Numbered from the stretch's first letter, positions 49,398 through 59,136 are shown. The stretch: 64,000 bases of DNA from Candidatus Latescibacterota bacterium (GCA_965261395.1 OZ253462.1:576001-640000); one strand, 5' to 3'. Made by a program: numbers and translations. Notes: generated from the sequence alone by a model not told the origin.

Positions 49398-51035
49398 TCA
49401 GGCGAGCTTTTCTCTAGCTTCCAGGACTTTTGCCACTACTACTTCGACATCCTTTTCATCCACAAACGGCGACACGATAAAGGACTTCAGCGCGACAATC
49501 GGTTCCTGATATTGGGTGTGCCGGTAGCAGTCGGTCGAGGAAAGGATGACCCCGCGTCCGGCCATGGCCTCCGCATGCACGTACTCGAAAATTTTTCGGT
49601 TGTAGTCGTTGTGGGCTAGCAGCGTCTCCCGATAGGCAGGGTCGTCGAATTCTTGGCGCTTGATCGCAAAAGTATCCACGTCGGGTGGATATACCCGGAA
49701 GAGCGTTACCGTGCCAAAATTGTCGCGGTTGAGTACGGTGATGGCTTCGTGTCCTTCGAGGTGCTCGCGCAAAAGCTGGGTCATCTCGACCGTGTGCCCG
49801 AGTGCGACGCGCAAGCCCTGCTCGCCGAAAAAGCGAAAATTGGCCAGCGCAGTTAGCGGGCCGGTCCCGGCTCTGGATGTTTCGAGAGTGTACATGCCGG
49901 GGCGGTGGTCGCCAAAGTGATAGAGGTACGGCATCTGCTCCGGGCTGCGTATCAGTAGGTGCAAATCCGTGCGATCTTTGACGAGGACCAGGCTGGAGAT
50001 ATACGGGGCAAAGCCGGTCTTGTGGAAGTCAATGCCCATGGAATCGGCCAGCGCCAGATGGCGGATGCGCCGGCACGCTCCAGCGAGAGCGCGCAGGGTC
50101 CGCGGTCGAAACTCCAAGGGGTTGTCCTGAAAATCGTAGTCGTTGAACACCGACCACGCCCAGCCAATGACCGCGTCGGCGTGGATGTGCGGGCGGTAGG
50201 AGAGTTGGAATTCATCGACGAGCGAGTCGCGCAAGGCCGCAATCGCCTGCAAGTCGTCCAAGCCGAACGCATCCGTAGTCCCCATAGTCGCAATAATGGC
50301 GGCGATCTTTTTTCCGCTATCCAAGGCCGCCCGCGCTGCATCCGCTAGCTGCGCGAGGTCGATTTCGTTGTCGGCTATCGTCGGAATGACGATCAACTGG
50401 TCGGTGCCAATGCCGAGCCAGCCGACGATGTTGTGGGCGCAATAGTGCCCGGCGTCGGAAACGAGGACCACTACATCTTTAGGTACGCCTTGGTCCATGG
50501 CCCGGGGGCAGGCTTTTTCCAGACCGATCTTTACCCCATAGAGCGTGGTGCCGGTGCCGCCAAAGGTAAACGTGCCGCTGGCTTGTTGTGGGTCGTAGCC
50601 AACCATCCGCGCGGTAATGCCGACCGCTTCGACTTCGGCCAAGGCGACGAGGCGGCTGTATTCATCCCAAGCGATGTTGGGGTTGTGCAACGAGGCGAGT
50701 AAGACGCCGATGAGGCTGGGAATGGTCGGGGGCGCGATGACGTTTTGTTGGGTGTGGGGATGGCTGGAGATGGTTATGCCGCGCAGGTAGCTGACGAGGT
50801 CTGAGGTAACTGCCTCGACCGAAGACATCTCAGCGGGCAACTCGGCGTTTTGCGCTTCAGCAAAGTCGCCAGCAACCACCGGACCAAGCGTCGGCAACTG
50901 CATTTTCAGCGCATCGACCTGGTCTAGGGCGCGCATGATGGAATGCACGAAATACGAATCGTGAATGGGGTCGGATACTGGTTGGGGGAAGGCGCGGCGG
51001 ATGTGTTCTAGGCTGTCGCGGTAGGATGTGGCCAT
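49398..51035 (-). CDS. Group II PLP-dependent decarboxylase
   Basis: FTFGGT, GHY, GTT, HADA, DFHK (PLP lysine). Confidence 0.85.
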   Translation of the reverse strand: MATSYRDSLEHIRRAFPQPVSDPIHDSYFVHSIMRALDQVDALKMQLPTLGPVVAGDFAEAQNAELPAEMSSVEAVTSDLVSYLRGITISSHPHTQQNVIAPPTIPSLIGVLLASLHNPNIAWDEYSRLVALAEVEAVGITARMVGYDPQQASGTFTFGGTGTTLYGVKIGLEKACPRAMDQGVPKDVVVLVSDAGHYCAHNIVGWLGIGTDQLIVIPTIADNEIDLAQLADAARAALDSGKKIAAIIATMGTTDAFGLDDLQAIAALRDSLVDEFQLSYRPHIHADAVIGWAWSVFNDYDFQDNPLEFRPRTLRALAGACRRIRHLALADSMGIDFHKTGFAPYISSLVLVKDRTDLHLLIRSPEQMPYLYHFGDHRPGMYTLETSRAGTGPLTALANFRFFGEQGLRVALGHTVEMTQLLREHLEGHEAITVLNRDNFGTVTLFRVYPPDVDTFAIKRQEFDDPAYRETLLAHNDYNRKIFEYVHAEAMAGRGVILSSTDCYRHTQYQEPIVALKSFIVSPFVDEKDVEVVVAKVLEAREKLA

Positions 51036-51068
51036 GTCCTGCGTCCAATTTAGGCAAAGGGATGAGAC

Positions 51069-51108
51069 ACAAAAGGCCGAGTACCAAAACAGGTACCCGG
51101 CCTTTTGT
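51069..51108 (-). terminator. Intrinsic terminator downstream of the TonB-dependent receptor
   Basis: ACAAAAGGCCG.GTACC-loop-GGTAC.CGGCCTTTTGT hairpin with T-tracts. Confidence 0.8.
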
Positions 51109-51136
51109 TATAACTCAGGATTGCCGTCCGGCGTTC

Positions 51137-53761
51137 CTAGAGACTGTAGCTGTATTTCACATACCAGAATGCGCCACCAAAGCCAAATGGGCTGAACTGG
51201 CTGTACTTGTTGCCAGTCCGATCGGCGGCTAGTTCATGTTCGTCGGGATAGGTGTTGAGAATATTCTGTGCGCCAATGGCTATCGTAGACATACCATCAT
51301 TAAACGAGACGCCGGTTTCAAGATCAAACAGCACCTTGCCACTATAGGTCTGATCGTCTTCAGAGTCGTACCATTCGCCGAAGTAGCTGGCGCGACCTAG
51401 ACCACTCCAACGCTCGGTCAGAGCTTGGGTCAGAGTCAAATTCCCGCGCTGCTTGGGAAGATTCTCCTCCAATTCCCTGATCCGGAGCTCGTCCAGAATG
51501 GCTTCGTTGTAGTCGGTGACTTCGGAGCTCGTGTAGTTGTAGGCGAGGCTCAGCCTCCCCGCACCCACCGGTGCCGACACCACGAGGTCAATCCCGCTGG
51601 TGGCGGAGTCGAAGTCATTGGTGAAGAAGCGGAACTCCTGCAAGCCGGCCGCGCTGGTTAGGCCCTCGTTGATTAGCTGCTGTTTCTGCTCATCGTCCAA
51701 CGCGAAGTCTTGCGAGACCGTCAGGCGGTCCTTCACCTTGATGTTGAAATAGTCGACCGTCGCACTAAGGGCACCCATCTTGACGACGACGCCCCCGGAG
51801 AGGTTGACCGACTTTTCAGACTCGAGCGCCGGCCCACCGCCCTCTAAACCGAGGACCAGCCCAACTGCGCGGCTGGTAGAAGGCACGGTGCCGTTGTTGA
51901 CCAAGTCGTTCTTCTCGAAGTTGAACTCGGTCGTTATGTTGAAGGCATTTTGCTGGCCGGGCGTCGGTGCCCTAAAGCCGGTGCTATAACTACCGCGCAG
52001 CTTCAGATCGTCCGTAAGGGCGAAATTGGAGGCTACCTTGTAGTTGGTTGTGCTGCCAAAGTCGTCAAAGTTCTCCGAGCGCAGTGCCACGGAAATCAGC
52101 AACGGATCAATCGGCTCAAAATCCGCCTCCACGTACAGGGCCGTGTTGGAGCGATCCCAGCGGCCGGCGGCCACCTTGCTAAAGCCCGAGAAACCATTAG
52201 TCGCGGGCTGAAACCCTTGGCTGGCCAACGGCTGACCAATCAGGTAGGACTCGATCTGTCCCTCCACGATCTCGAATGCTTCGTTGCGACGTTCGAGCCC
52301 CGCGGCCAAGAACACCTGATCGCTGACTGGGTACGTAATGTCGAAGTTTAGGTTGACATCCGTCTGGATGTAGTCTCCAGGGTTGAACAATGTCGGCGTA
52401 TCGGGACCCATCGAGGCATTCACGGTATTGAAGATGAAGTAGTCCGCATGGTGCCGGCCATAAGACGCGCTCACGCTCCAACCCAACGTCTCGGCCGCAA
52501 ATCCCTTCAGACCCAAGAGAATGGATTCATCCGTGGTGAAGCCGCCGAAGCGAGGCGTGAAGCCACCGGGAAACATTTTCAGGAACGAGAAGCAATTGGG
52601 ATCATCGCGAACCTGTAGCCAAGCCTCCTGGTCCGGCTTGTTGTCGATTATGGGTACCGGGGCACATTCACTGCCCTGACCCACGCCGTCCAAATCGCCC
52701 ACTAGCAGGGATCCGGTCTCGGGCTCGCCATCGTCATCTAGATCGAGCAACGGCCCCTTGAACACGCCGCTACGGGTATGGGGATTGCGGAAGTAGAACC
52801 CGCCTTCCGTTTCCTTGCTGGCGTAGTTGGCGTGACCGTAGAAATCGAGGTTCTCGCCCAAGGTCGCCCCGTAGTTGGCAAAGAACTTCAGATCGTCTCT
52901 GATGTAGGGCTGCCCCCAGATTTGGGCGGGATTGTTCACATTCGTATTGCCCGCGGCGAGCAGGGCCGCGGCATCATTGCGCTGCACCGAGCGGATGGTT
53001 TCGCCCGCGTTGCCGTATTCCAAGCTGAGATTGGCCCACGCACTCTCGTTGCCCAAGCCGAGATTGCCAGCGATAGAAAACAACTCGCCATCGCCGAGGA
53101 CGCCTTCGCCGTCTTGGAAGCTGCCGACCTTGGTCTCGACCGAAAGCCCTTCGGAACGATTCTTGAGGCGGAAGTTCAACACGCCGGCGATGGCGTCCGA
53201 GCCGTACTGGGCCGATGCGCCGTCGCGGAGGACTTCCACTCGTTCGAGCGCGATCGCCGGGATGGGCGCCAAATCGGGACCCTGCGCGCCATCGGCGACG
53301 CCATTGCCCAGCCAGTGAATCACCGCAGCGCGATGGCGGCGCTTGCCGTTGACCAAAACCAGCGCGTGGTCAGGGGCCAGCCCCCGCATGTTGGGCGGTC
53401 GGACGACCGTACCAGCATCGCTAATCGGCTGAGTATTGACGTTGTACGAAGGCACGATATTCCGCAGCAGGTCTGCTAGGTCCACCCCGCCTTGCTTGGC
53501 AAACTCTTCTCTGCCAATGACGTCAATGGGCACGGGTGAGTCGGTTACGGTGCGCGACTGTGCCCGCGAACCGGTCACCACCATCTCTTCAACCTCCACA
53601 ATACCTTCGAGCATTTCATCTTCGGCGGCGGCCATCTCTTCTACTGCGGTCTCTTCCTCTTCCATGGAGTCTTGGGCCACGGCCTCAGAAGCCAAGCTCA
53701 CAGAGAGCAGGGCCGAAAGGCCAAAGGCAAACGCAAAAGCCGATAGGAACTCTTTCATCAA
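51137..53761 (-). CDS. TonB-dependent receptor
   Basis: EEMVVTGSR TonB box; plug motifs LVLVNGKR and IERVEVLRDGASAQYGSDAIAGV-like; GFRAP. Confidence 0.95.
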   Translation of the reverse strand: MMKEFLSAFAFAFGLSALLSVSLASEAVAQDSMEEEETAVEEMAAAEDEMLEGIVEVEEMVVTGSRAQSRTVTDSPVPIDVIGREEFAKQGGVDLADLLRNIVPSYNVNTQPISDAGTVVRPPNMRGLAPDHALVLVNGKRRHRAAVIHWLGNGVADGAQGPDLAPIPAIALERVEVLRDGASAQYGSDAIAGVLNFRLKNRSEGLSVETKVGSFQDGEGVLGDGELFSIAGNLGLGNESAWANLSLEYGNAGETIRSVQRNDAAALLAAGNTNVNNPAQIWGQPYIRDDLKFFANYGATLGENLDFYGHANYASKETEGGFYFRNPHTRSGVFKGPLLDLDDDGEPETGSLLVGDLDGVGQGSECAPVPIIDNKPDQEAWLQVRDDPNCFSFLKMFPGGFTPRFGGFTTDESILLGLKGFAAETLGWSVSASYGRHHADYFIFNTVNASMGPDTPTLFNPGDYIQTDVNLNFDITYPVSDQVFLAAGLERRNEAFEIVEGQIESYLIGQPLASQGFQPATNGFSGFSKVAAGRWDRSNTALYVEADFEPIDPLLISVALRSENFDDFGSTTNYKVASNFALTDDLKLRGSYSTGFRAPTPGQQNAFNITTEFNFEKNDLVNNGTVPSTSRAVGLVLGLEGGGPALESEKSVNLSGGVVVKMGALSATVDYFNIKVKDRLTVSQDFALDDEQKQQLINEGLTSAAGLQEFRFFTNDFDSATSGIDLVVSAPVGAGRLSLAYNYTSSEVTDYNEAILDELRIRELEENLPKQRGNLTLTQALTERWSGLGRASYFGEWYDSEDDQTYSGKVLFDLETGVSFNDGMSTIAIGAQNILNTYPDEHELAADRTGNKYSQFSPFGFGGAFWYVKYSYSL

Positions 53762-53826
53762 ATTTCCCTCCTTTAGGAGAAGAATGGGAAGAATGGATCG
53801 TATAACTTAAACTTACTCGCGACAGA

Positions 53827-53940
53827 AATATGTTATATAATGATTTAGCTTCGGTCAATATGTATTATTCTCAATATTGAGCTATATGCTACATATTGTG
53901 TAAATTTGGTTGGGCTGTGGCGGTCTTGCAGCCAATATGT
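53827..53940. promoter_or_regulatory. AT-rich divergent promoter region with repeated AATATGT boxes
   Basis: Minus-strand TTGACC-N17-TAACAT; palindrome CTCAATATTGAG at 53870-53881. Confidence 0.55.
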
Positions 53941-54006
53941 CAAAAGTAGTGGGCTTTTTGATCAACTCTGCGTCTTGCGGCGCGATAAACCGAAAGACAA
54001 CCGTTC

Positions 54007-54930
54007 ATGCTGGGCAAATTTTTCGACAAAGTAAAGCAGGGATTGGCGCAGACGCGGCAGGCGATGACCGATGTTATCGCTGGCAATCCCCGCTTGGACG
54101 ACGACGCCATCGACGATATCGAGGCCGCGCTAATCGGCGCTGATATGGGGCTGGAGACCGCCACCGAACTCGTCGATGAGCTGCGCGAGCGACTCGGGCG
54201 CGGGCAAATGGCGGACGGGCCGGACGGGGTGATGCAGGTGCTAGAAGAGCAAGTAGCCGCGATAATGACCCTCGGCAACGGCGCGTCCTTGCCCCTAGCA
54301 GGCGACCTACCGAGCAAGCCGTTTGTCGTGCTGATCGTCGGCGTCAACGGCACCGGCAAGACGACGACGGCCGGCAAGCTGGCCAAGCAATACGCCGATG
54401 CGGGCAAGAAGGTGGTGCTCGCTGCCGGCGACACGTTTCGGGCCGCGGCCATCCCTCAACTCGCCATCTGGGCGGAGCGCGCCGGAGCCGACCTGATACG
54501 CACGCAGCGCGGGGCCGACCCAGCGGCCGTGGCCTTCGACGCGCTCGCCGCGGCCAAGTCGCGCGGGGCCGACGTAGTGCTGGTGGACACGGCCGGCCGC
54601 TTGCACAACAAGGTCAACTTGATGGAGGAACTCAAGAAGATCCGCCGCTCGCTGGCCAAGCAAGACCCAACGGCTCCGCACGAAACCCTGCTGGTACTCG
54701 ACGGGACCAGCGGCCAGAATGCCCTGTCGCAGGCAACCGCATTCAACCAAGCCACCGAGTTGACCGGGCTCGTGCTGACCAAGCTAGACGGAACGGCTAA
54801 GGGCGGGATCGTCGTCGCGCTGCGGCGTCAGATGGATCTGCCAGTAAAGCTGATTGGGGTGGGCGAGGGGGTGGACGATTTACAGCCGTTTGACGGGGCG
54901 GCATTCGCCCGCGCGTTGTTCGCCGAGTAA
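54007..54930 (+). CDS. ftsY: Signal recognition particle receptor FtsY
   Basis: GVNGTGKTTT, DTFRAAA, DTAGR, TKLDGTAKGG. Confidence 0.97.
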   Translation: MLGKFFDKVKQGLAQTRQAMTDVIAGNPRLDDDAIDDIEAALIGADMGLETATELVDELRERLGRGQMADGPDGVMQVLEEQVAAIMTLGNGASLPLAGDLPSKPFVVLIVGVNGTGKTTTAGKLAKQYADAGKKVVLAAGDTFRAAAIPQLAIWAERAGADLIRTQRGADPAAVAFDALAAAKSRGADVVLVDTAGRLHNKVNLMEELKKIRRSLAKQDPTAPHETLLVLDGTSGQNALSQATAFNQATELTGLVLTKLDGTAKGGIVVALRRQMDLPVKLIGVGEGVDDLQPFDGAAFARALFAE

Positions 54931-54934
54931 GGAG

Positions 54935-56047
54935 TTACTGCGCGTCCAGCGCGTCTTTTAGTTCCCCCCGTACTTCCGCATCTTCTTCTATTCCCAAGCG
55001 CCGTTCGAGCGCCTCTTTTGCCGCATCGCCCCCGAGTTGACCCAGTGCCCAAGCTACGTGGCCGCGCACTAGCGGCTCTTCGTCGTCGAGTGCGCTGATC
55101 AAGGCCGGCACCGCGGCCTGCATACCCGAATTGCCCAAGGCCACGGCGACGTTGCGCAAAAAGCCACGGCGCTTAGGGCGCTTGACCGGATTGCGGCGGA
55201 ATAGTGCGTTGAAGGCTTCGCGGTCGAGTTGGATCAGGTCGAGGAGCGACGGGCTGTCGAGGCCGGCTCGGCTCTGGTACGCCGGCTCTGGAGCCGGCTC
55301 GGCCTTGCGGTTCCACGGGCAGACCTCTTGACAGATGTCGCAGCCAAAAATCCACTGGCCCATACCTTGGCGCAGGTCGCGGGGAATCGACCCCTTGAGC
55401 TCGATGTTGAGGTAGGAAATACAGCGCCGAGCGTCGAGCACGTACGGCTCGGGGAAGGCGTTGGTGGGGCAGGCGTCCAAGCAGCGCGTGCAGGTGCCGC
55501 AGTGGTCTGGGGCGGGTTCGTCGTAGTCAAGTTCGAGGTCGGTGATGATTTCGGCCAAGAAGAAATAAGAGCCGCGGCGCTTGTCGATCAGGCAGGTGTT
55601 CTTACCCCACCAGCCCAAGCCCGCCCGCTGGGCGAGTTCGCGCTCTAAGACTGGGGCCGTATCCACAAAATAGCGGCCTTTCGTCTCCCCTCCAGCCTCG
55701 GCTAGCACGAATTCCCACAGTGCCGCCAAGCGCTTTTTGACAATGTCGTGGTAGTCGTCGCCGCGGGCGTAACAAGCGATCCGGCCGTGCAGGGGATCAG
55801 GTGCCGCAGGCGTGGGCTGGTAGTAATCCATGCCGAGGCAGATGGCGGTCTGAGCACCGGGGACCATCTGGCACGGGTCCTCGCGCTTGTCGAGGTGGCG
55901 TTTGAGGTAGTCCATCTGACCGGCGTAGCCCAAGGCCACCCAGCGGGCGTAAAACTCGGCCCCTTTTAACGGGTCGGCCGGGGCGAAGCCGACCGAGGTA
56001 AAGCCTAAGGCGCGGGCCTTGCGGCGAATTTGTTCGGTCAGCGACAT
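54935..56047 (-). CDS. queG: Epoxyqueuosine reductase
   Basis: YARGDDYH, VDTAPVLER, CGTCTRCLDACP, CISY, GCDICQEVCPWN. Confidence 0.95.
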   Translation of the reverse strand: MSLTEQIRRKARALGFTSVGFAPADPLKGAEFYARWVALGYAGQMDYLKRHLDKREDPCQMVPGAQTAICLGMDYYQPTPAAPDPLHGRIACYARGDDYHDIVKKRLAALWEFVLAEAGGETKGRYFVDTAPVLERELAQRAGLGWWGKNTCLIDKRRGSYFFLAEIITDLELDYDEPAPDHCGTCTRCLDACPTNAFPEPYVLDARRCISYLNIELKGSIPRDLRQGMGQWIFGCDICQEVCPWNRKAEPAPEPAYQSRAGLDSPSLLDLIQLDREAFNALFRRNPVKRPKRRGFLRNVAVALGNSGMQAAVPALISALDDEEPLVRGHVAWALGQLGGDAAKEALERRLGIEEDAEVRGELKDALDAQ

Positions 56048-56068
56048 ACCGGGCCGCGCAAGCGGCTG

Positions 56069-57379
56069 CTAGAACATCTCCGCGATGCGGCGGAAGACCA
56101 TCTGATTGAGGTCGTTGAACGTGACCAGCACCATGATTAACAGCATCATGGCCAAGCCGATCTGCTGAAAGACCTCGCGCTGGCGCAGCGAAAGCGGTCG
56201 GCGCATGATGCCCTCTAGCGTGAGGAAGGTCAGGTGGCCGCCGTCGAGCACGGGGATGGGCAGGAGGTTGATAATCGCCAAGTTGACGCTGAGCATGGCG
56301 AGGAAGCTGATGAAGGAGTGCAAGCCCTGCTCGGCGGTCTGTCCGGCTAACTGGGCGATGCGCAACGGGCCGCCCAATTCGTCGGTCGAGCGGTCGCCTT
56401 GGAAAAGCTCGCCCAAAAAGTCGAGGATCAACCAAGAGGAATTGTACACGCCCAGTCCCCCCAGCACCACCGCTCGGCCCAACCCGACGGTGTGGCGCGA
56501 GGCCTGCGGGCTGATGCCGATACGACCCACGAGCGCGTCGCCTTCGGCGTGGGTAGCCGGGGTGATTAGCTGCTCCATGCGCTGGCCGTCGCGCTCCCAA
56601 ACCAACGGAATCGTCTCGCCCGGATAGCGGCGGATCTCCTCGCTCATATCAGCCCAGCTCACAACCGGAGCTTGGCCCACGGCGAGGATGATGTCGCCCG
56701 CTTGCAGGCCGAGGCTATCGGCCGGCATATCGGGGACGACCTGCCCCACCGTGGTGGGGCGCATTAGCTGCACGCCGTAGCCCTCGTCGCCCGCGGGTGG
56801 CAGGTTGAAATCCAAGAGGATGCCGTCGCGTTCGACTTCGAGCCTAGCGCCGCGGCTTGAGATCTCGTCCAAGGCGCTGGCCAGCTCGTAGGCATTGCCG
56901 ACGGGCGTGCCTCCGACGGTGCGCACGCGATCGCCGCGCACCAGACCAACCTCGGCGGCGAGGGAATTCTCTTGGGGGTTGACGCGAGTGCTATCGAAGG
57001 AATCAATCCCGTAAACGCTGAAGAGGAAAATCAGGGCCGCGAAGGCGAAGAGGAAGTTCATGGCCGGGCCGGCGGCGATGACCGCCATGCGGATCCCCAC
57101 CGACCTAGAGGGAAATTCCCAATGCGCGCCAGTGGTTTCCTCGGTGCCCACATCGGCCATACCAGCTACCTTGACGTAACCGCCAAAAGGGATCCAAGAA
57201 ATACAGTACTCGGTTTCGCCGCGGGTAAAGCCGATCATTTTGGGTGGATAGCCCAAAGAGAAGCGCTCGACGCGAATGCCCGCCCATTTAGCGACCAGAA
57301 AGTGGCCCAGCTCGTGGACGAAGACTAAGACGCCTAAGGCGAGGAGAAACGAGGCAATAGTAGTGAGGGTATCGAGCAT
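56069..57379 (-). CDS. rseP: RIP metalloprotease RseP
   Basis: HELGH, GGYV, two PDZ domains, NLLPIPVLDGG. Confidence 0.95.
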   Translation of the reverse strand: MLDTLTTIASFLLALGVLVFVHELGHFLVAKWAGIRVERFSLGYPPKMIGFTRGETEYCISWIPFGGYVKVAGMADVGTEETTGAHWEFPSRSVGIRMAVIAAGPAMNFLFAFAALIFLFSVYGIDSFDSTRVNPQENSLAAEVGLVRGDRVRTVGGTPVGNAYELASALDEISSRGARLEVERDGILLDFNLPPAGDEGYGVQLMRPTTVGQVVPDMPADSLGLQAGDIILAVGQAPVVSWADMSEEIRRYPGETIPLVWERDGQRMEQLITPATHAEGDALVGRIGISPQASRHTVGLGRAVVLGGLGVYNSSWLILDFLGELFQGDRSTDELGGPLRIAQLAGQTAEQGLHSFISFLAMLSVNLAIINLLPIPVLDGGHLTFLTLEGIMRRPLSLRQREVFQQIGLAMMLLIMVLVTFNDLNQMVFRRIAEMF

Positions 57380-57396
57380 ACTCTATCTAGTCCGTC

Positions 57397-58233
57397 TCAA
57401 GAAAAAACGGCCAGCATATCCACGTAGAGATACGCCAGCGGAAAGGCCAAAAAATAAGAGTCAAAGCGGTCGAGCAGGCCACCATGGCCTGGGATTAGCA
57501 GCGGTGCGTCCTTGATGCCCATGTCGCGCTTAAAGGCCGATTCCACCAGGTCGCCCACTTGGGCACCGATGCCCGCGACGAGCAAAAGCCCCAGCAGCGA
57601 CGCCGTAGAAAAGGAGGGCAGCAGAAAGCCCAAGGGTATGGGGAGGGCGCTGCCGACTACGCCGCCGATGCATCCGACCCTCGTCTTATTAGGGCTGATC
57701 GTCGGTGCCAGCTTGGCCCGGCCCCAAAACCGACCGCTGAAGTACGCCCCGGAATCCGCAAGCCAGATGCAGAGAAAGAGCACGGCCACCAAGTGGTGGG
57801 CCTCCTCTCCCTTACCAGCCGCCTGAAAAAGCAGCAGCGGCGCACTGCCCAAGACGCCGAAGAAGAGCACGCCGCCCAACGTCAGAAAGGCGTTGGCCGC
57901 ATAGCGCTCCGTGCCTTGGAACAAGGCCCATACCGCGACCAGCAAGATGGCCGCCATCAGCAATGCGGCGAGGTCATCGCCCGTGCCCTGGCGCCAGAAG
58001 TAGCTGCACAGACCCAAGACCAACAAGCTGCCCGGCAGGCGGATGGGTCGGTAGCCAGCTTCCTCTAGGATGTGGTGGTATTCCCACGAGCAGCGCACGG
58101 CCACGACCAACACCAAGAGGAAGAGGGCCCAGCTTGCCTCTTCGACCAGCAGTAGGATCACCGGCACGAAGACAACAGCCGCGAGGACGCGCTGTCGCAG
58201 GCCGGAGGCCTTTGCCGCGGTGTCAGCCGCCAA
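57397..58233 (-). CDS. cdsA: Phosphatidate cytidylyltransferase
   Basis: ISPNKT, GDLVESAFKR, PGHGGLLDRFDS. Confidence 0.92.
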   Translation of the reverse strand: MAADTAAKASGLRQRVLAAVVFVPVILLLVEEASWALFLLVLVVAVRCSWEYHHILEEAGYRPIRLPGSLLVLGLCSYFWRQGTGDDLAALLMAAILLVAVWALFQGTERYAANAFLTLGGVLFFGVLGSAPLLLFQAAGKGEEAHHLVAVLFLCIWLADSGAYFSGRFWGRAKLAPTISPNKTRVGCIGGVVGSALPIPLGFLLPSFSTASLLGLLLVAGIGAQVGDLVESAFKRDMGIKDAPLLIPGHGGLLDRFDSYFLAFPLAYLYVDMLAVFS

Positions 58234-59029
58234 AGCGCCTCTGCCGTTGTTGGTAGGCGGCAATGGCTTCGTAGAGGTGCTGGCGGCGAAAATCCGGCCA
58301 ATGCACATCGCCGACGAAGCAAATTTCAGTATAGACCATCTGCCAAGGGAGGAAGTTGCTCAGTCGCATTTCGCCGCTGGTGCGGATTAGCAAATCCGGG
58401 TCGGGCAAGTCGGCTGTATAGAGGGCTCCGCTGATTTGTTCCTCGTTGATGTCTTCTGGGTTGAGCCGGCCAGCCGCCACTTCGGCGGCCAGCTTGCGGA
58501 AGGCGTCGACTAGCTCGCTGCGGCCCCCGTAGTTGAGTGCCAAGTTGAGCTTGAGGCCGGTGTTGTCTTTGGTCTGAACGAGGGCGTGTCCTAGGGCCAA
58601 TTGTATGATCGGCGACAACTCGTCGGTGCGGCCTATGGCGTTGAGAGATACGTTGTTTTCGTGAAGTTCCGACACTTCGTCGCGCAGTGCTTCGTGCAGC
58701 CACTGCATCAGCTCTTCTACTTCCGCTTCGGGCCGGGACCAGTTCTCAGTCGAGAAGGTGTACAGGGTCAGCGCCTCGATTTGCAGTTGGCCGCAGGCGC
58801 GCACAATGTCGCGCACAGACTCGCGACCAAAGCGATGCCCTTCGGTCTTGGGCAGATTGCGCTCAACGGCCCAGCGCCTATCGCCATCCATGATAATGGC
58901 GATGTGTTGAGGCAGGTTCCCCTCGTCCTTGAGGCTCTGCTGGATGCGGAAGTCCTCTTCGGGATTGAGGGGTTTTACTGGGTGGTATTCGCGGGGAGAA
59001 ATTTCCAGCGGCAGAGCCTGAGCACTCAT
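58223..59029 (-). CDS. uppS: Undecaprenyl diphosphate synthase (cis-prenyltransferase)
   Basis: HIAIIMDG, FSTENWSRP, YGGR, IRTSGEMRLSNF, RRFGG. Confidence 0.95.
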   Translation of the reverse strand: MSAQALPLEISPREYHPVKPLNPEEDFRIQQSLKDEGNLPQHIAIIMDGDRRWAVERNLPKTEGHRFGRESVRDIVRACGQLQIEALTLYTFSTENWSRPEAEVEELMQWLHEALRDEVSELHENNVSLNAIGRTDELSPIIQLALGHALVQTKDNTGLKLNLALNYGGRSELVDAFRKLAAEVAAGRLNPEDINEEQISGALYTADLPDPDLLIRTSGEMRLSNFLPWQMVYTEICFVGDVHWPDFRRQHLYEAIAAYQQRQRRFGG

Positions 59030-59136
59030 AACGTATAAGGATGATTCGGTGGGTTTCTGTGGCGGCCATCCACGGCCACTTTCATAAATTCGGGCGCGTC
59101 CCGCCTTAAGAAAACAAGGCCGCGCCCATTTGGGTC

